This document shows positions 40,201 through 54,324 of a stretch of 63,913 nucleotides of DNA, in pieces. Each line of letters opens with the position of its first letter. Positions within the stretch are counted from its first letter, which is position 1. The DNA is taken from the NCBI RefSeq assembly GCF_006345805.1, contig NC_043025.1, forward strand, positions 3,410,088-3,474,000, written 5' to 3'. Made by a program: the position numbers and the translations under genes. The stretch is from Octopus sinensis (Eukaryota). The notes under the pieces are model-generated. The model was given only the letters and a program-made list of their open reading frames with translations. It made no database searches and was not told the DNA's origin.

Positions 40201-42211
40201 AAAAATTAAAAAAAGGTATTGAAAAATGTCAGAAATCAATTGAAGAAGAGATTCACAGAAAACGAACCAGACAGGTTGGAAGAACCTATGAAATAGCTGT
40301 ATGAGAGATTCCAGGTACCAACACCGTTGCAGCTAGTTGGATCCACGCGTACAAGTGGAGGCAATAGGAAGAACAAAGAGTTCCTACAAATAGACGCCAA
40401 AAAGAAAAAAAACACGCTAAAATGGTAGGTGAGGTAAATAAAGTAAAATAAAATTACTTGCTCCACACCCCCAAAAAATATTAAAGGGGAGATGTAGTGA
40501 AAAATGGTACCCCCTTCCCGCCTGACAAGTGGTATTGAAGTCAATCATGTGACTGTCGCGGTCGGTAGTAACAGAGTTGTTGTATGAGTTCTCATTTGTA
40601 GTCAGAGTTAAGGTAGACGTTGCAAGTTTTGCGGAGCTTTCAGCCATAACACGAGAAACAAGTCAAGGATAGAAGACACGAAAACCACCATCAAATAATA
40701 GTGGCGATAAGAACATAACAAAGTGGAGAGAGGATAGCACACACATAACACATTGCAACAGTGGCGATGAGGATAAGGCTTTGTAACAATATATGATGTT
40801 CGTCCGTCGTTGTCGACGATGATGAGGACATCACATGGTAAAAGAATATGAGTTTCGTTGCGTCCGGAGCTTCACCAAACAGGCCGATGCGTGCTCGGAA
40901 TGTTCTGCTGCAGCTAGGGCACGAGTGGTCTACTGAGAATGAATGCAAGGATTTTGCTGTGGATTTGCACAACTCATGTTTTCTTTGTGCTTCTGCGATC
41001 CTTTTTTGTTCGTAGGAGGTGGCACCTTTGTTGGTGTAGTTATGCCATGTAGGGCGGACGTGTGCCTGCATTTCCGAGGCGTCTGGGGTTGATCTGAAAG
41101 TTCTTCCGTGAGACTTCGAAGCGCTTTTTCTGCCCACCTTGTGTGCACTTGAGCTCCTACCAATTCATTGTAAAACAGTCTTTAGCGTAGATGTGTGTCA
41201 GGCATTCGAACAAGGTGGCCTACCCACCTGATCTGCGTTCTCTACAGCAGAGCTGAAATGTTTGGCAAATTTGTTCGAGAGAAGATCATCTTGTCTGGGA
41301 GTTTGTCTTGTCAGGTAATTTTCAACAGCTTTCTCACGCAGCTCATGTGGAAGCGGTTGATCCACCGTTCGTAAACCATCACAGTTTGGCAAGAATATAG
41401 TAGTGTAGGCAGTACCGCCACTTAACACACCTTCATCATGGTGGGTAACCTAATGCCTCATCTCTCCCATACAGTCAACCTAATACTTATTTCTTTATTA
41501 CACACAAGGGGCTAAACATAAAAGGGACAAAGACAGACATAGGTGTTAAGTCGATTACATCGACCCCAGTGCGTAACTGGTACTTAACTTATCGACCCCG
41601 AAAGGATGAAAGGCAAAGTCGACCTCGGCGGAATTTGAACTCACAACGTAACGACAGACGAATTACGGCTACGCATTTCGCCCGGCGTGCTAACGTTTCT
41701 GCCAGCTCGCCGCCTTCGTCAACCTAATACTGAGCTTCCCTTTGCAATACGTGTGTCTAATTCGTCGTTAATGTCCACAGGTCTAGAGAGTGTACTACAG
41801 AGATACGGGAACTTTTTAGCAACCTTTAGGGTCTCCCCTTTGTAAGTAATATAATTCGCTCCACATATTGCTTTTCTGGGGCAAGATGATGCATGACTTC
41901 TGTCTTCTGAGCACTGATTGCGAGGCCATAGTTGTTGCAAGTAGTAGAAAAAACAGTTCATGCACTGTTGCATCTGAGATACTTCCGTTGCATTACCGAT
42001 CACTAACGGAGTGAAGTAGAGATGTTCATCCTGATGTTTTCAGCCATTCTGTCGGAATATTTCCACAACATCGACGAAACCAGCGTCGAGATCAGATTTG
42101 GGTTTGAGAGCAAACCCTTCATTCTGTAAAGACTACGAGCGAAGAGCAAGGTGAAAGAGGATTCAAAGCACGACCTCATGTTCGCAGAAGACTGCGCACG
42201 CAATGCCGCCA

Positions 42212-42269
<58 letters not shown>

Positions 42270-42316
42270 CTATCTATCTATCGATCGATCTGTCTGTGTG
42301 TGTGTGTGTGTGTGTG

Positions 42317-42364
<48 letters not shown>

Positions 42365-42471
42365 GATCGATCTGTCTGTCTGTGTGTGTGTGTGTGTCTG
42401 TCTGTCTTTCTGTCTATCTATCTATCTATCTATCTATCCATCTACTGTCTATCTATCTATCTATCTATCCA

Positions 42472-42507
<36 letters not shown>

Positions 42508-42591
42508 TCTATCTTCTGTCTGTCTATCTGTCTGTCTATCTATCTACCTATCTATCTATTTATCTGTCTGTCTATCTGTCAGTCTGTCTAT

Positions 42592-42654
<63 letters not shown>

Positions 42655-42665
42655 CTGTATGTCTG

Positions 42666-42733
<68 letters not shown>

Positions 42734-42769
42734 CTGTATGTCTGTCTAACTATCTATCTACCTATCTAT

Positions 42770-42841
<72 letters not shown>

Positions 42842-43922
42842 GGAGGGGAGGTACGACGACGAGCTCGGGGCGAACCTGGACGTCGACGAGGAGTACCTGA
42901 CCCGCCTGTTCAGGACGACTTTCGGGCCAGGGCCCATGGACAACTTCCAGAGATCCCTGGCCTGGCAGTGCTACCGAGAAGCGCTACCCGTTCGGGATAA
43001 GCTCTACAGACACGGCTCGAGAAACACGGGGCCGACCTGCCCGAGATGCGGTCAGAGCGACGAAACCGTTCTGCACGCACTCGTGCAGTGTCCAACAATT
43101 TCCGACCTGTGGGCTTATGTCGAACAACTGCTGTCACGTGTGGGACGAGTCGGTTTATCAGCTGAGTCTATCGTCAATATTGTCACGCCTCCTTCCTTCA
43201 AACGGGAAGGAAGAGCTATTTTCATCATCCTTGTGGCTAAGACGAAAGAATGTATCTGGTGGACGCGTCTGAAAGGATTGGAGACAAACACTTTCCTCTC
43301 TGGTCAATCTCTCATCAACTTCTTCAAGTACCACTTGAAAAGGAAAGTGAGAGTAGAGAGGCAAGTTTTGTCTAGCGAATGTTTTAAAAAAAGATGGGTG
43401 AATGTAGCAAGGATGGCACGTATGAATGACGAAGCCACCTTGAGCATAATCCTATGAACCCAGAAATTGAAAACAGAGGGTTACCCACTTGCAAACAAAT
43501 GTGGTAACATATAACAATATTGACCAAGGTTACCGTGGTCTTTTTCGTAGGCTTTTCTTCCCACGGATAAATCTTACTTGCTTTCCCCTTTACACCATAT
43601 ATCATAACACTGTGATACACGATCCCTATTGATCGTTCTTTTTTTCCTCTTCCCTTTTTTTCCCCCTTTTTTCTTCTTTTTTCATTTCTCTTTCCTTTTG
43701 TTCCTTTTCCTTTTCTTTTTTTTCTCTTTTTATTCTTTTTATTTTATTCAATTTTTTTTTTGTTTTTGTTCTTTTCTTCCCTTTTACGATCCCTCTTGAT
43801 CGAAAACCTACGCCACCCCTTTATTTTTCTTTTGTTTTTTCTTCTCTTCATCCCCCAAAAGAAAAGCTCTACCTTGTAACTTGTCCCATCTGTGTGCAGC
43901 CCTGTGTGGCCAATAAAGAAAC

Positions 43923-43973
<51 letters not shown>

Positions 43974-44036
43974 CTGTCTGTCTGTCTATCTATCCATTTA
44001 TCTATCTATCATATCTATCTACGGACGCTCTCCCTG

Positions 44037-44092
<56 letters not shown>

Positions 44093-44318
44093 CTGTCTGT
44101 CTGTCTATCTATCCATTTATCTATCTATCATATCTATCTACGGACGCTCTCCCTGTCTATCTATCTATCTATCTATCTATCTTCTGTCTGTCTGTCTCCC
44201 TATCTATTTATTTATCATATCTATCTACGGTCACTCTCCCTGTCTATCTATCTATCTGTATGTCTGTATGTCTGTCTGCCTATCTATCTCTGTCTGCCTG
44301 CCTCTCTATCTACCTATC

Positions 44319-44392
<74 letters not shown>

Positions 44393-47300
44393 CGGTCGCT
44401 CTCCCTGTCTATCTATCTATCTGTCTGTCCGCCTGTCTGTCTGTCTATAGTAGGCACGACAATTTCTGTGAACTTAGGTTCGATCATAGGTTCCATCAAT
44501 AGGTCTAAACTCAGTCTTAAGAAATCTACCCGCACAAAGCTTTACAATGAACCCTATAACTCCAAAAGTGACACTAGCTCTAACATAAATATTACACCAG
44601 GTCACCCCTTGACAGTCGGGTGTGACTTAACCTCTAGCAATCGAAAATTTAATACTGATGCGTGGGGAGAGGACATGTAATGCGGGTGCGGGACATGTAA
44701 TTGTCGAATTAAGGTGTCGTGTCCCCTAGCCGGATCTTGTTTACGTAATAATGTAGTATATAAGTGTTCTGTGGAGATCTCTGCTACACAGAGGGTAAGA
44801 GATAATATAGGAAGCCCTGTAAACTTTAAATGTCAACATAGGGCCCTTCTCAACTATTTTACTAACGTAAAATATAAATTGTCCACAACGCGAGCTACGT
44901 ATACACAAGAAATTAAACTAAAATAAACATACAATACTTTTTATCTTCGTCTGTAATAGCTGAAGCACCTCCGTACAGTACACTTTTGCGTATTTGTAAA
45001 TTGTGCATTAGAGAGTCCATGAATATTCTTCGTCGATACGAGCCTACATCATTAAATAAGTTTTGGGATGCTATATTTTCTTGTAACCATAGATACCGTT
45101 CAACAATTAAATATTTTGATAAATCACGATAAACTATTAAATTTTAATTACATTTATTTCAGTTAATCTCTGTACTACTGCTATCCTGTAACTTCACTTT
45201 AATGAATTATTACCTGCTTAACATTTATTATATTTTATAAATTACATTTCCCATAATTCCTATAATAACATTTCCTCCTCCCTATATAACTAAATTTTAT
45301 CTACCCAGTAAAACATTGTACGAAATGTGAAACCCTGAATAAGATACTCTTTGATGAAGGAGGCAGTATCCAATTTTCGGAATGAAAATACTCTGTGGTT
45401 TACTGTGCCCCGGAAACAGCCGTCGGAGTATTACCACCAACGGTTTATCTAAACAGGATAACTTATTCTCATAGATTATGTAGATACGCTTTTTGAAAAA
45501 ATCCACTCTCAACGCTACGATGTTTTTTATTTGCTGTTCGGAAGACTTTATTTTATCCCCCTTTTTGTAAGCGCATATTCCATTCTTAAATAACATTTAC
45601 AACGCTGTTCTCCAGCACCTTTTAATATGACTGAAATTCTAAATATATTTTTATACATCTATATCTTTATGCATCTAGACTTTTATACATCTATATTTTT
45701 ATAATGCTTATATATCTAGCTAGCTAGATGCGTAAGCATTATATATAGGATCTAACTTCTTAAACCTATTAGTAATTTGAATCCTTTCGAGAAATATGTT
45801 AAACTTTGTTGTACAAGCTCATAAAGCTCTGGCGAGATTCTGCCCCATATAGTTGAAAATGATAACAATACTTCGCATATGACCAAATGCTTAGGATTAC
45901 GTATCCCGTAGGGGCATGAATTGAAACATATATGTAGGTTTTCGGTATCTGCCATTCCTTTTAGAGCTTTACAACTTAAGACTTATTTGTATCATTTTAA
46001 TAAAAAATATATGTGGGTTTCTGTGAATCTATGACGTGTGTCTCATTTACAAACTGTATGGTCATCTTCTGCTTTATATCCTTCCATAGGCTGGACCAAA
46101 TCCTTTGAATTCCATCTGATTTTCAAAAATCTCAACGAATATAAAATCTCTGGTGAAAACATGTCAATATCAGTGAGTAGATATCTGTCTTCTCCTTGTC
46201 TCTCTCTCCTTCTCCTCCTCTCTCTCCACACACACACACACACACACGATTTATAGAACAAATGCCAAACATCAACTAAATAATGAACTCAGTATCTTTA
46301 GTAGATAGAATTATTGATTTCGTTCAAAGACGACAGCAATTTTTGAAAGTTCACCAGATCAGCTTTTCAAAATATTATTTCCTTTCCACGAGGAAGACAA
46401 ACAGAAAATATTTTAGAAGCTAGTAAATCTATACAACTTTTAAGATAACTGTATGTTCTACAGATCAGAGATTTTATGGAGGTCGCTGGTCTTTCTACTA
46501 CTTTAATCCGTAGATTTGTATTAACCTTAAACTTTTACTTGTTTCAGTCATTAGATTGCGGCCATGCTCGGACGTGGCTTTGAAGAATTTTCGAGTCGAA
46601 TAAATCTTAATTTATTTTTAAACCTGGTACTTATTCCATCGATCTTTTGCCCAACCGCTAAGTTATGAGAGTATAAATACAGCGGCACTGGTGGGAGACA
46701 ACACAGGCACAAGCACACACACACACACACACACACACACAAGACAGGCTGCTTTCCAGTTCCTCTACTATATCCCCTTACAAGGCGTTGCCCAACATGT
46801 TACGTAGTGGGACTGAACTCAAAGGCATGTGATTGGGAAGCAAGGTTTTTACCACACAGCCACGCCTTACCTGAAATTTTCCCAGAACGATATGCTAGTT
46901 CTCCTCCAGGAGCAACGTGGTCTCACACACTACACATAGACGTAAACGTATAGGTACATAGAGATACATAAAACAGAAAGGGCAACATGTAAAAAGCAGG
47001 ACAAGAGGAAACACATGGAACAAGGAGTCACCGAAGAGGTAACAGAATGTGTGACGAAAGAGGTTTCCCAACCGTATAAACTAGAATTAATACGAAGAAA
47101 AGCTTAGATGAAGATCGAATAAATAGTGCGTGTGTTTAATTGGCAAAAAATGGATGTCCTCATGTACAACAACCTTTCATCAAAACTCTTTCAAACAAAT
47201 ACATAAAGGTATGTATATATATATAAGACACAAAGAGGGAAAAAAACTTCAGAAGGCTTGTGTTATATGGTTAAAGAATATATTTAAATCGTTATTTAGA

Positions 47301-49440
47301 AAAATGTTACAAAACTTTGCGTATAGTAACATCGTTTTTAGAGAAATAACCGGTTTCGTATTTTCTTTTCAAATTTCTTTACCTACAGCTGCGGCCAAAA
47401 TGTTCAGAACGGCATTGTTTTCGTCAGAGAAGTAGGTATAATCTTTTTATCAAAGTTGTTTTAAATTTATAATTTTCACAGACAATAAATACGATATTAT
47501 TTGCTATTGTTTGAGATTTTGGTGTAATTTGAGAGGATAATACAAAAGTTATGGATGATTTAGTGATTTACTGCAAAACCCATGGCGGCCAAAATGATCA
47601 GATCGGTTGCTTTTACTCCGTGATTTAGTATATTTAACCGGCGAACTCCAATGTTTTGAATTTGTTTACGTGACGGTTCGTTTAGTAAGAATACCTGCAG
47701 TGTACTTTGTTAATATAATGCCATTTACTCCGTTCCAATTCGTCAGCAGATTATTAAGCTTCGAAAGAAGGATAATTTAAGTATTGGGTCTATTGTAAAG
47801 ATTGTTAACAAGTCAAAAAGTGTTGTTCACGGTATTCTTAAGGTCTACGATGATTGTGGTTCGTGTGAAGCAAGAAGGTCAACAGATAGTCCAAGAAAAA
47901 CGACCAAGATAGAAGATCGTGCAATGGTAAAGTTGGTTAAAAAGGACAGATTTAAAACTGCTGCTGTTTCTCGGGAAATGAGCATTGTACTGAAGAAAAC
48001 TTTATCTCGAAAAACTGTGTCTCGTCGTTAGTTGAAGATGACCTACAAGCAAGAACATCTTCAGTGAAGCTCCAAGAATAAAAAGTGTCGTCTTACCTTT
48101 GCAACCGAACATGTGTTGTGATCTCAAGAGAAATGGCAAATGGTGCATTTCAGTGATGAATCAAAGTTTGTTATTTGGCTCACAGATGGGAAAAGGTACG
48201 TTCGTCGAAAAGTTGGTGAAAAGTTGTCGCCTAAATGCCTTAAGACTAGTATTAAATTCGGTGGAGGAAGTGTCATGGTTTGGGGGATGATATCTGGAAA
48301 TGGTGTGGGTCCTTTGGTGCGATTACATGGAAAGGTAAATGCAGGAGTTTATAAACAACTTGTAAAAGATCATGTCTTGCCTGTGCTGAGAAATTCAACT
48401 AAGCGACCACCCATATTCATGCAGGACAACGCCCCATGTCACAAGGCTAAGGTGGTCATGAACTTCCTCAAGACTGAAAAGGTTATTGTTATGGATTGGT
48501 CTGCTCAAAGCCCAGATCTCAATCCTATGTGTGGAATATTCTAGGAGAACGTTCGAAAGCCAGAAATCCTAAAACAATCGAGCAATTATGGAATGCCCTT
48601 CAGGAAGAATGGAAGAAGATCATCCAGCAAGAAACTGAAAATTTAATTTCCTCATGCAGTCGAAGATGTCAAAGTGTGATTGAAGCTAAAGGGCTTCACA
48701 CTAAATATGAAATAATTCCAGTAGTCTCTGTCATTTTTGATTATTTTGTTATTGTTTCAACCGTTCTGATCATTTTGGCCGCCATGGGTTTTGCAGTAAA
48801 TCACTAAATCATCCATAACTTTTGTATTATCCTCTCAAATTACACCAAAATCTCAATTAATATCGTATTTATTGTCTGTGAAAATTATAGAATATAAAAC
48901 AATTTGATAAAAAATTATACCTACTTTTCTAACGAAAACAATTCCGTTCTTAACATTTTGGCCGCAACTGTATATCGTGTCATGTCTTCGCTATGTTGTG
49001 AAATATGGAGTTCCAGGCAGAGGAAGGTTATCAGGGATTTTTCTGGTATAAGGGAGATAATTAAACATGTTGGGAATGACTAGGCATGATTAACATGATT
49101 TGGTTTAGAAGGAATAGAATGTTTCAAGTAGTTAGGTTTTGCTTTATATTTTTTTCAATGAGGTGAGTTTCCTTATTTAAAAATGTTAGAAATGGTCAAG
49201 TTTTGGCTTATATTTTTCAATGATGAAGGTTTCCTTATTTAATCTAACTTGTCTTGGTGTTCCAATGGTACATTGATCGAATGGAAAGATTACAAATTGT
49301 GGTAGCAGTTTCTTGTTTTAAAATGAATTCGTTGAAAGTGTCGTGGAGAGGAGGTTGTTAATTGTTGGGTTTGTTAAGGAACATTGAGTTGAGGGTTCTG
49401 CATAAAAGCTGTAAGTCATTACTAACCTACATACACACAC

Positions 49441-49506
<66 letters not shown>

Positions 49507-49842
49507 TATATATTATATATATACAACCGATTATTGCAGATTGAGAACGAATTATCATCCTTGACGGGAACCTTCAGTGTTGAATATTGCAAGTAAGCAA
49601 AAACGTTTTTCACTTTTATTCAAATTTATTTATTTTTGCCTCAAAGAATCCAGAGTTATTTTTATCGAATGTATTAAATATTGCAATACTTAACAATGCT
49701 GTATTTGTGAACCACACTATACAAAATTTATTCTGCCAATCAAATGGCAAAGCGTTTTATCATGCAAAAGGCAATCACATACACGTATAGACGTACTGAG
49801 CGAAAATTTTCTCTCTCTCTCTCTCTCTAAATGTATACACAC

Positions 49843-49906
<64 letters not shown>

Positions 49907-50011
49907 GTATGTATATATATACAATATATATACATATGTGTTTATGTATATATATATGTATATATATGTATACATACACATATATATAATATATAAGCAT
50001 ATGTATTTATG

Positions 50012-50080
<69 letters not shown>

Positions 50081-50081
50081 A

Positions 50082-50114
<33 letters not shown>

Positions 50115-53100
50115 GTATATGTATGTAAGTATGTATATTGTTAAAATACAAAGGTGGAATCAGCACGAAGGTATGTTTCGAGATTCTTTTATATTTGTTA
50201 CTTTGAGTGGCATTTTATAAAATATTTCCGGTTTCGATCTGTTTGTCCATCTCATCAAATGTCAAGATTTGAAAGTCAAAAACATTTTGTTCTCATATAT
50301 TGTACATCGTTAAGAAAATATGTGAAATTTCAGCTTAGAGTCTCTTCTTTTATATGGTAGCTATGTAAGGTTCTGGGATGGGGTTCAAGGGGTCAAATTT
50401 CAGGAATTCTATTGCAGTAAAAAGAATTCTCTTGAATTGGATAACTAGTTTCTATTCCGGATATCGTCAGTTACACGTTTGCATGTATGTGTGCGTGAGC
50501 GCCGCTCGCCTGTGTTTTGTATGCTGTGCTGATGAAGGAAAGATGTTATTGTCACACGTCTTTTCATTTCCTTTTACTACAGAAAATGGTTAGCTGTTTA
50601 TTGTATTAGAATGATTTCAGAGGCGGTCAAAATTTTATTGAATCAACAATTAAAAAAAAACCCTTTTCTGTTAAGAATATGATCAGCTGTGTGTGCATAT
50701 TAAGTTCAATGAGTTTCAAGGATGGTTAACAATTAAATTGGAAGAGTTTGGAAGGAATTGTTTTTCCCTGCTTTGACGTGTGTGTGTTTTTTGTGCTGTG
50801 TTTTATTTTGTACCGTGCTTGTTTGTTTTTGTGGTGTGTTCTTGTTTTACTTGTGTCAGTGTATGTATTTTTTCTGTGTGAGTGTGTATGTGTGTTTTTC
50901 TTGCATGCGTGAGTGTGTGTGTTTTTGTCTATTGTGATGTGTGTGTGTTTGTGCGTGTATCTTTCTTTTTTGTGGTGTGTGCGTGTGTTTTGTTTTTCAG
51001 AATATGTTGATTTGTGTGTGAGTATGTTTTGTTCTGTGTATATGTTTGTTTATTTATAGTGGTCTGTGTGCTTGCTTTTGTGGTGTGTGCATGTGTGTGT
51101 CTTTTATTTTTGGGAATATGTTGTTTTGAAGAAGGAATTATTTTTGTCTCGAAAATTTATTGAATCGTAGAATTCTTTATGAGTGTGTGTGTAAACTAAT
51201 AATCTTTATTTATTAACTAGCATTATGACCCGTCGTTGCCGGGTCATAGTGCTAGTGCATGTATATATGTGTATATATATATGTGTACATATTACATGTA
51301 CATCTATATATATATATATACATCTACACATAAAATAAAAAATACAAAGTTATATCGCTAGTAATAACAATACTCAAAATATATAACAGACTGGAATTGT
51401 TAGCCAGTCTCTTGTAATTTCGATCAATTGTATCTTGTCCTCCCTCTTGTATAGAAGTGTGGCTACAATCCAGCCTACCCCTACTTCTGGGGGAAGGAGG
51501 GCATTTTAAATTTTTTTTCCGGGACGTCCTACGTCCCCGATATAAAGGTAAAAATAAAATATTTCCACTTTGCAAGTTCGAGTCGAGTACTCCTTTGCAC
51601 TCTCCGTTGACTCGACATTGCTTCTATTGTGGCGAATTTATCGCCTCTGGTTAGATATCTTTCATAGTCGCACCAAGACACTTTTCGAAGGTGCTTTCCT
51701 CCAGGTGTTCAAATCTTTTTCTCTACATTGTATACTTTATAGACAATAGTCTTTTCTTTAATTTAATTTTTTAGTATCCATCTGGACTTTTCCATTTCTG
51801 CACACTAATTTTATTTTTTATTTATTCCTATTCATGTGAAACCACTTATTCAAGTTCAAGTCATTGATGCAATTTTATACCAATTGCTATTTTCACTTTT
51901 GTTATGTTACAATTATATTATACTTTAGTTTGATTTTAATTATTACTTACTACATATAATTCAATTGTCATTACTATTTTTATTGTTAAAGTGATATTAT
52001 CTTACATAAAATAGAGAAACGTTTTTGTTTCCCTCTTAACACGTAATACTGAAATAGTGGAGACGATATGATATTGCTATGGGTTCGCTCTAGGCAAGAA
52101 GTTGAACATTTTTTTTGCCCATAAAACTACATGGACCCTAAGTAAGGCATGTGTAAAATTTGAATGGAATTGGTTGTGTAGTTCTCAAGTTTTAGGGAAT
52201 CGTAGTGGAGAAGATATGACATTGCTGTGGGCTTGCTCTAGGCAAAAAGTTAAAAGTGTTTTTGCCGATGACACTCCCCGGACCCTAAGTAAGGCATGTA
52301 TAAAATTTGAATGAAATTGGTTGTGTAGTTCTCAAGTTTTAGGGAAACACACAGACAGACAGACAGACATACACACATTCTCAGTTTTATATATATATTA
52401 TATATAATGGTGGTAAATTCCATAATTAATTATGGTTTTTACTTGTGTGTGCATATTGTGTTAAATGGATTTCAAGGATGGTCAAAATTTAATTGAAAGC
52501 ATGTATATTAGTCATAGGCAGGTTCCACGTAGTGGCTTGTTAAGCAATATATTCATGGATAATTAATTAGGCTAATTGTGGTACTGAAGTAGGAGCAATG
52601 GTATCAGAAATATTTATATTTCTGATGCTATTGCTCTACTTCCACGTGACTGGTGTGCGACCAGACATTATCTGTCTTGCTTTCTTTGCTTGACTACCGG
52701 ACGCGAAGCATCTCTTATATTCCTGTCTCTTGACTTTCATCTCTTATGTTCACCTCCAATGATCCTGCCTCAAGACTTTCACTCTACACACACCGTCTAA
52801 ACTTGATTCGTCCTTCGTAGTCGAAAGACACCGGTTCTTATTGTCCTGTTGTTTGTATTTGTAATTGTGTAACATGTTCTCCGTTATTTGTCTTTGTTGT
52901 CGTACATATTCGCTTGCTTTCTCCCCCAAATTTAATGCTTTTAGCTTAGATTTTCGAGAGCAGCTAGATTCGAACAGTTTCAAGTGTAACTGCCCGAAAC
53001 TGTATGGATAATTTGGAACTTGTCTGACGAGAAGGGGTTACGTCCTTATTTTTTCCTGTCCATCTTTTTATCGTTTTTCCTGTCCGTCTATCTATCCGGA

Positions 53101-53170
53101 TGTTTTAATGTTGCGTTCTTGTTCCACTTTTTGGATTTGTATAAACTCCGTAGGAAATCAGCAGAGATAA

Positions 53171-53204
<34 letters not shown>

Positions 53205-54261
53205 TATTTAACCTGGGAATACTTAGAATGTCATAAAGCCGCTGAGAAAGCATAATACTAATAAGCACAGAATATTAACAGCCGACAAAAGAACATTTAG
53301 AACCGGCGGGGGAAATACTAGATCACGTGTGTATGGGTATGAGGGTGGTGCTTGCTTATGCATGCAAGAATGTCTGTATGTATTAGTTTGCTAACATAGG
53401 CACATATGTTTTGGAAGCGTGGAATAATTGTTTCATTTGACACCTGTAATCAACTAGGTAATAATCGCAGCCATATCAAAGTAAAGAAATAGGTGTGACA
53501 CGCACCAGTGTGGATACATTGTTATCCATAATCTGTAAATGAAAGCTTGTCCGGTGAGTCAGTGGTCAGTGTTATATAACGGTGCAATTTAGATTTCTGT
53601 CACTAGGACAAAAACTTTAAAAGCAGATTGCCATCGACCAGAAAAATTCTGCTCACTCTTGTTTAACACACACATATATTATATCTATATATATAAAACT
53701 GTAGTTGTGTGAGTGTCTGTCCCCTTCGATTTAGATTCCTAACTACTCCCACATTTTGCGGTACAGTTTAACCAAATTCGGGTATCTTATAGTCGTGATT
53801 CATATCGAGCCCTTCTGGGTATTAGCGCGCGTCTACGATGAGTCTACGATTTTAAAAATAATTTAACATCATTTTTTATTCCATTTTAATGCATAATTTT
53901 TCGTGTGTCGATGGCGGCGGAGTTGGCGTCCATGGTCACACCTGCACCTGTTTGCTTCTCCCCCTTCTTCCCTCCCTCGTGAAGCTGTGGGGAAGGGAGT
54001 GTAAGGAAATCAACGCCGTAAAGCATTGTCAAGGAGACCAGCGTTCTTTTAGAACAACGACTTCATGGCTTGAAGACACCAAAATTACCATCATTTTTTA
54101 TTCCATTTTTAATGCATTTTTTGCTATTTTTTTGCTATAACTCACTAAAAATGCTTATATAGTTATTTCCCTTACAAACCCGAGCAACGCCGGGCGATAC
54201 TGCTAGTTATATATAACATTATATTATATTATATTATATTATACGTATATATATATATAAT

Positions 54262-54324
<63 letters not shown>

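Noticed and set aside
41640-41717. tRNA gene calls for A-box/B-box-containing heads (also 13361, 27290, 56977, 58118, 60095)
   Set aside because: The heads continue into shared SINE bodies and do not form a complete cloverleaf.
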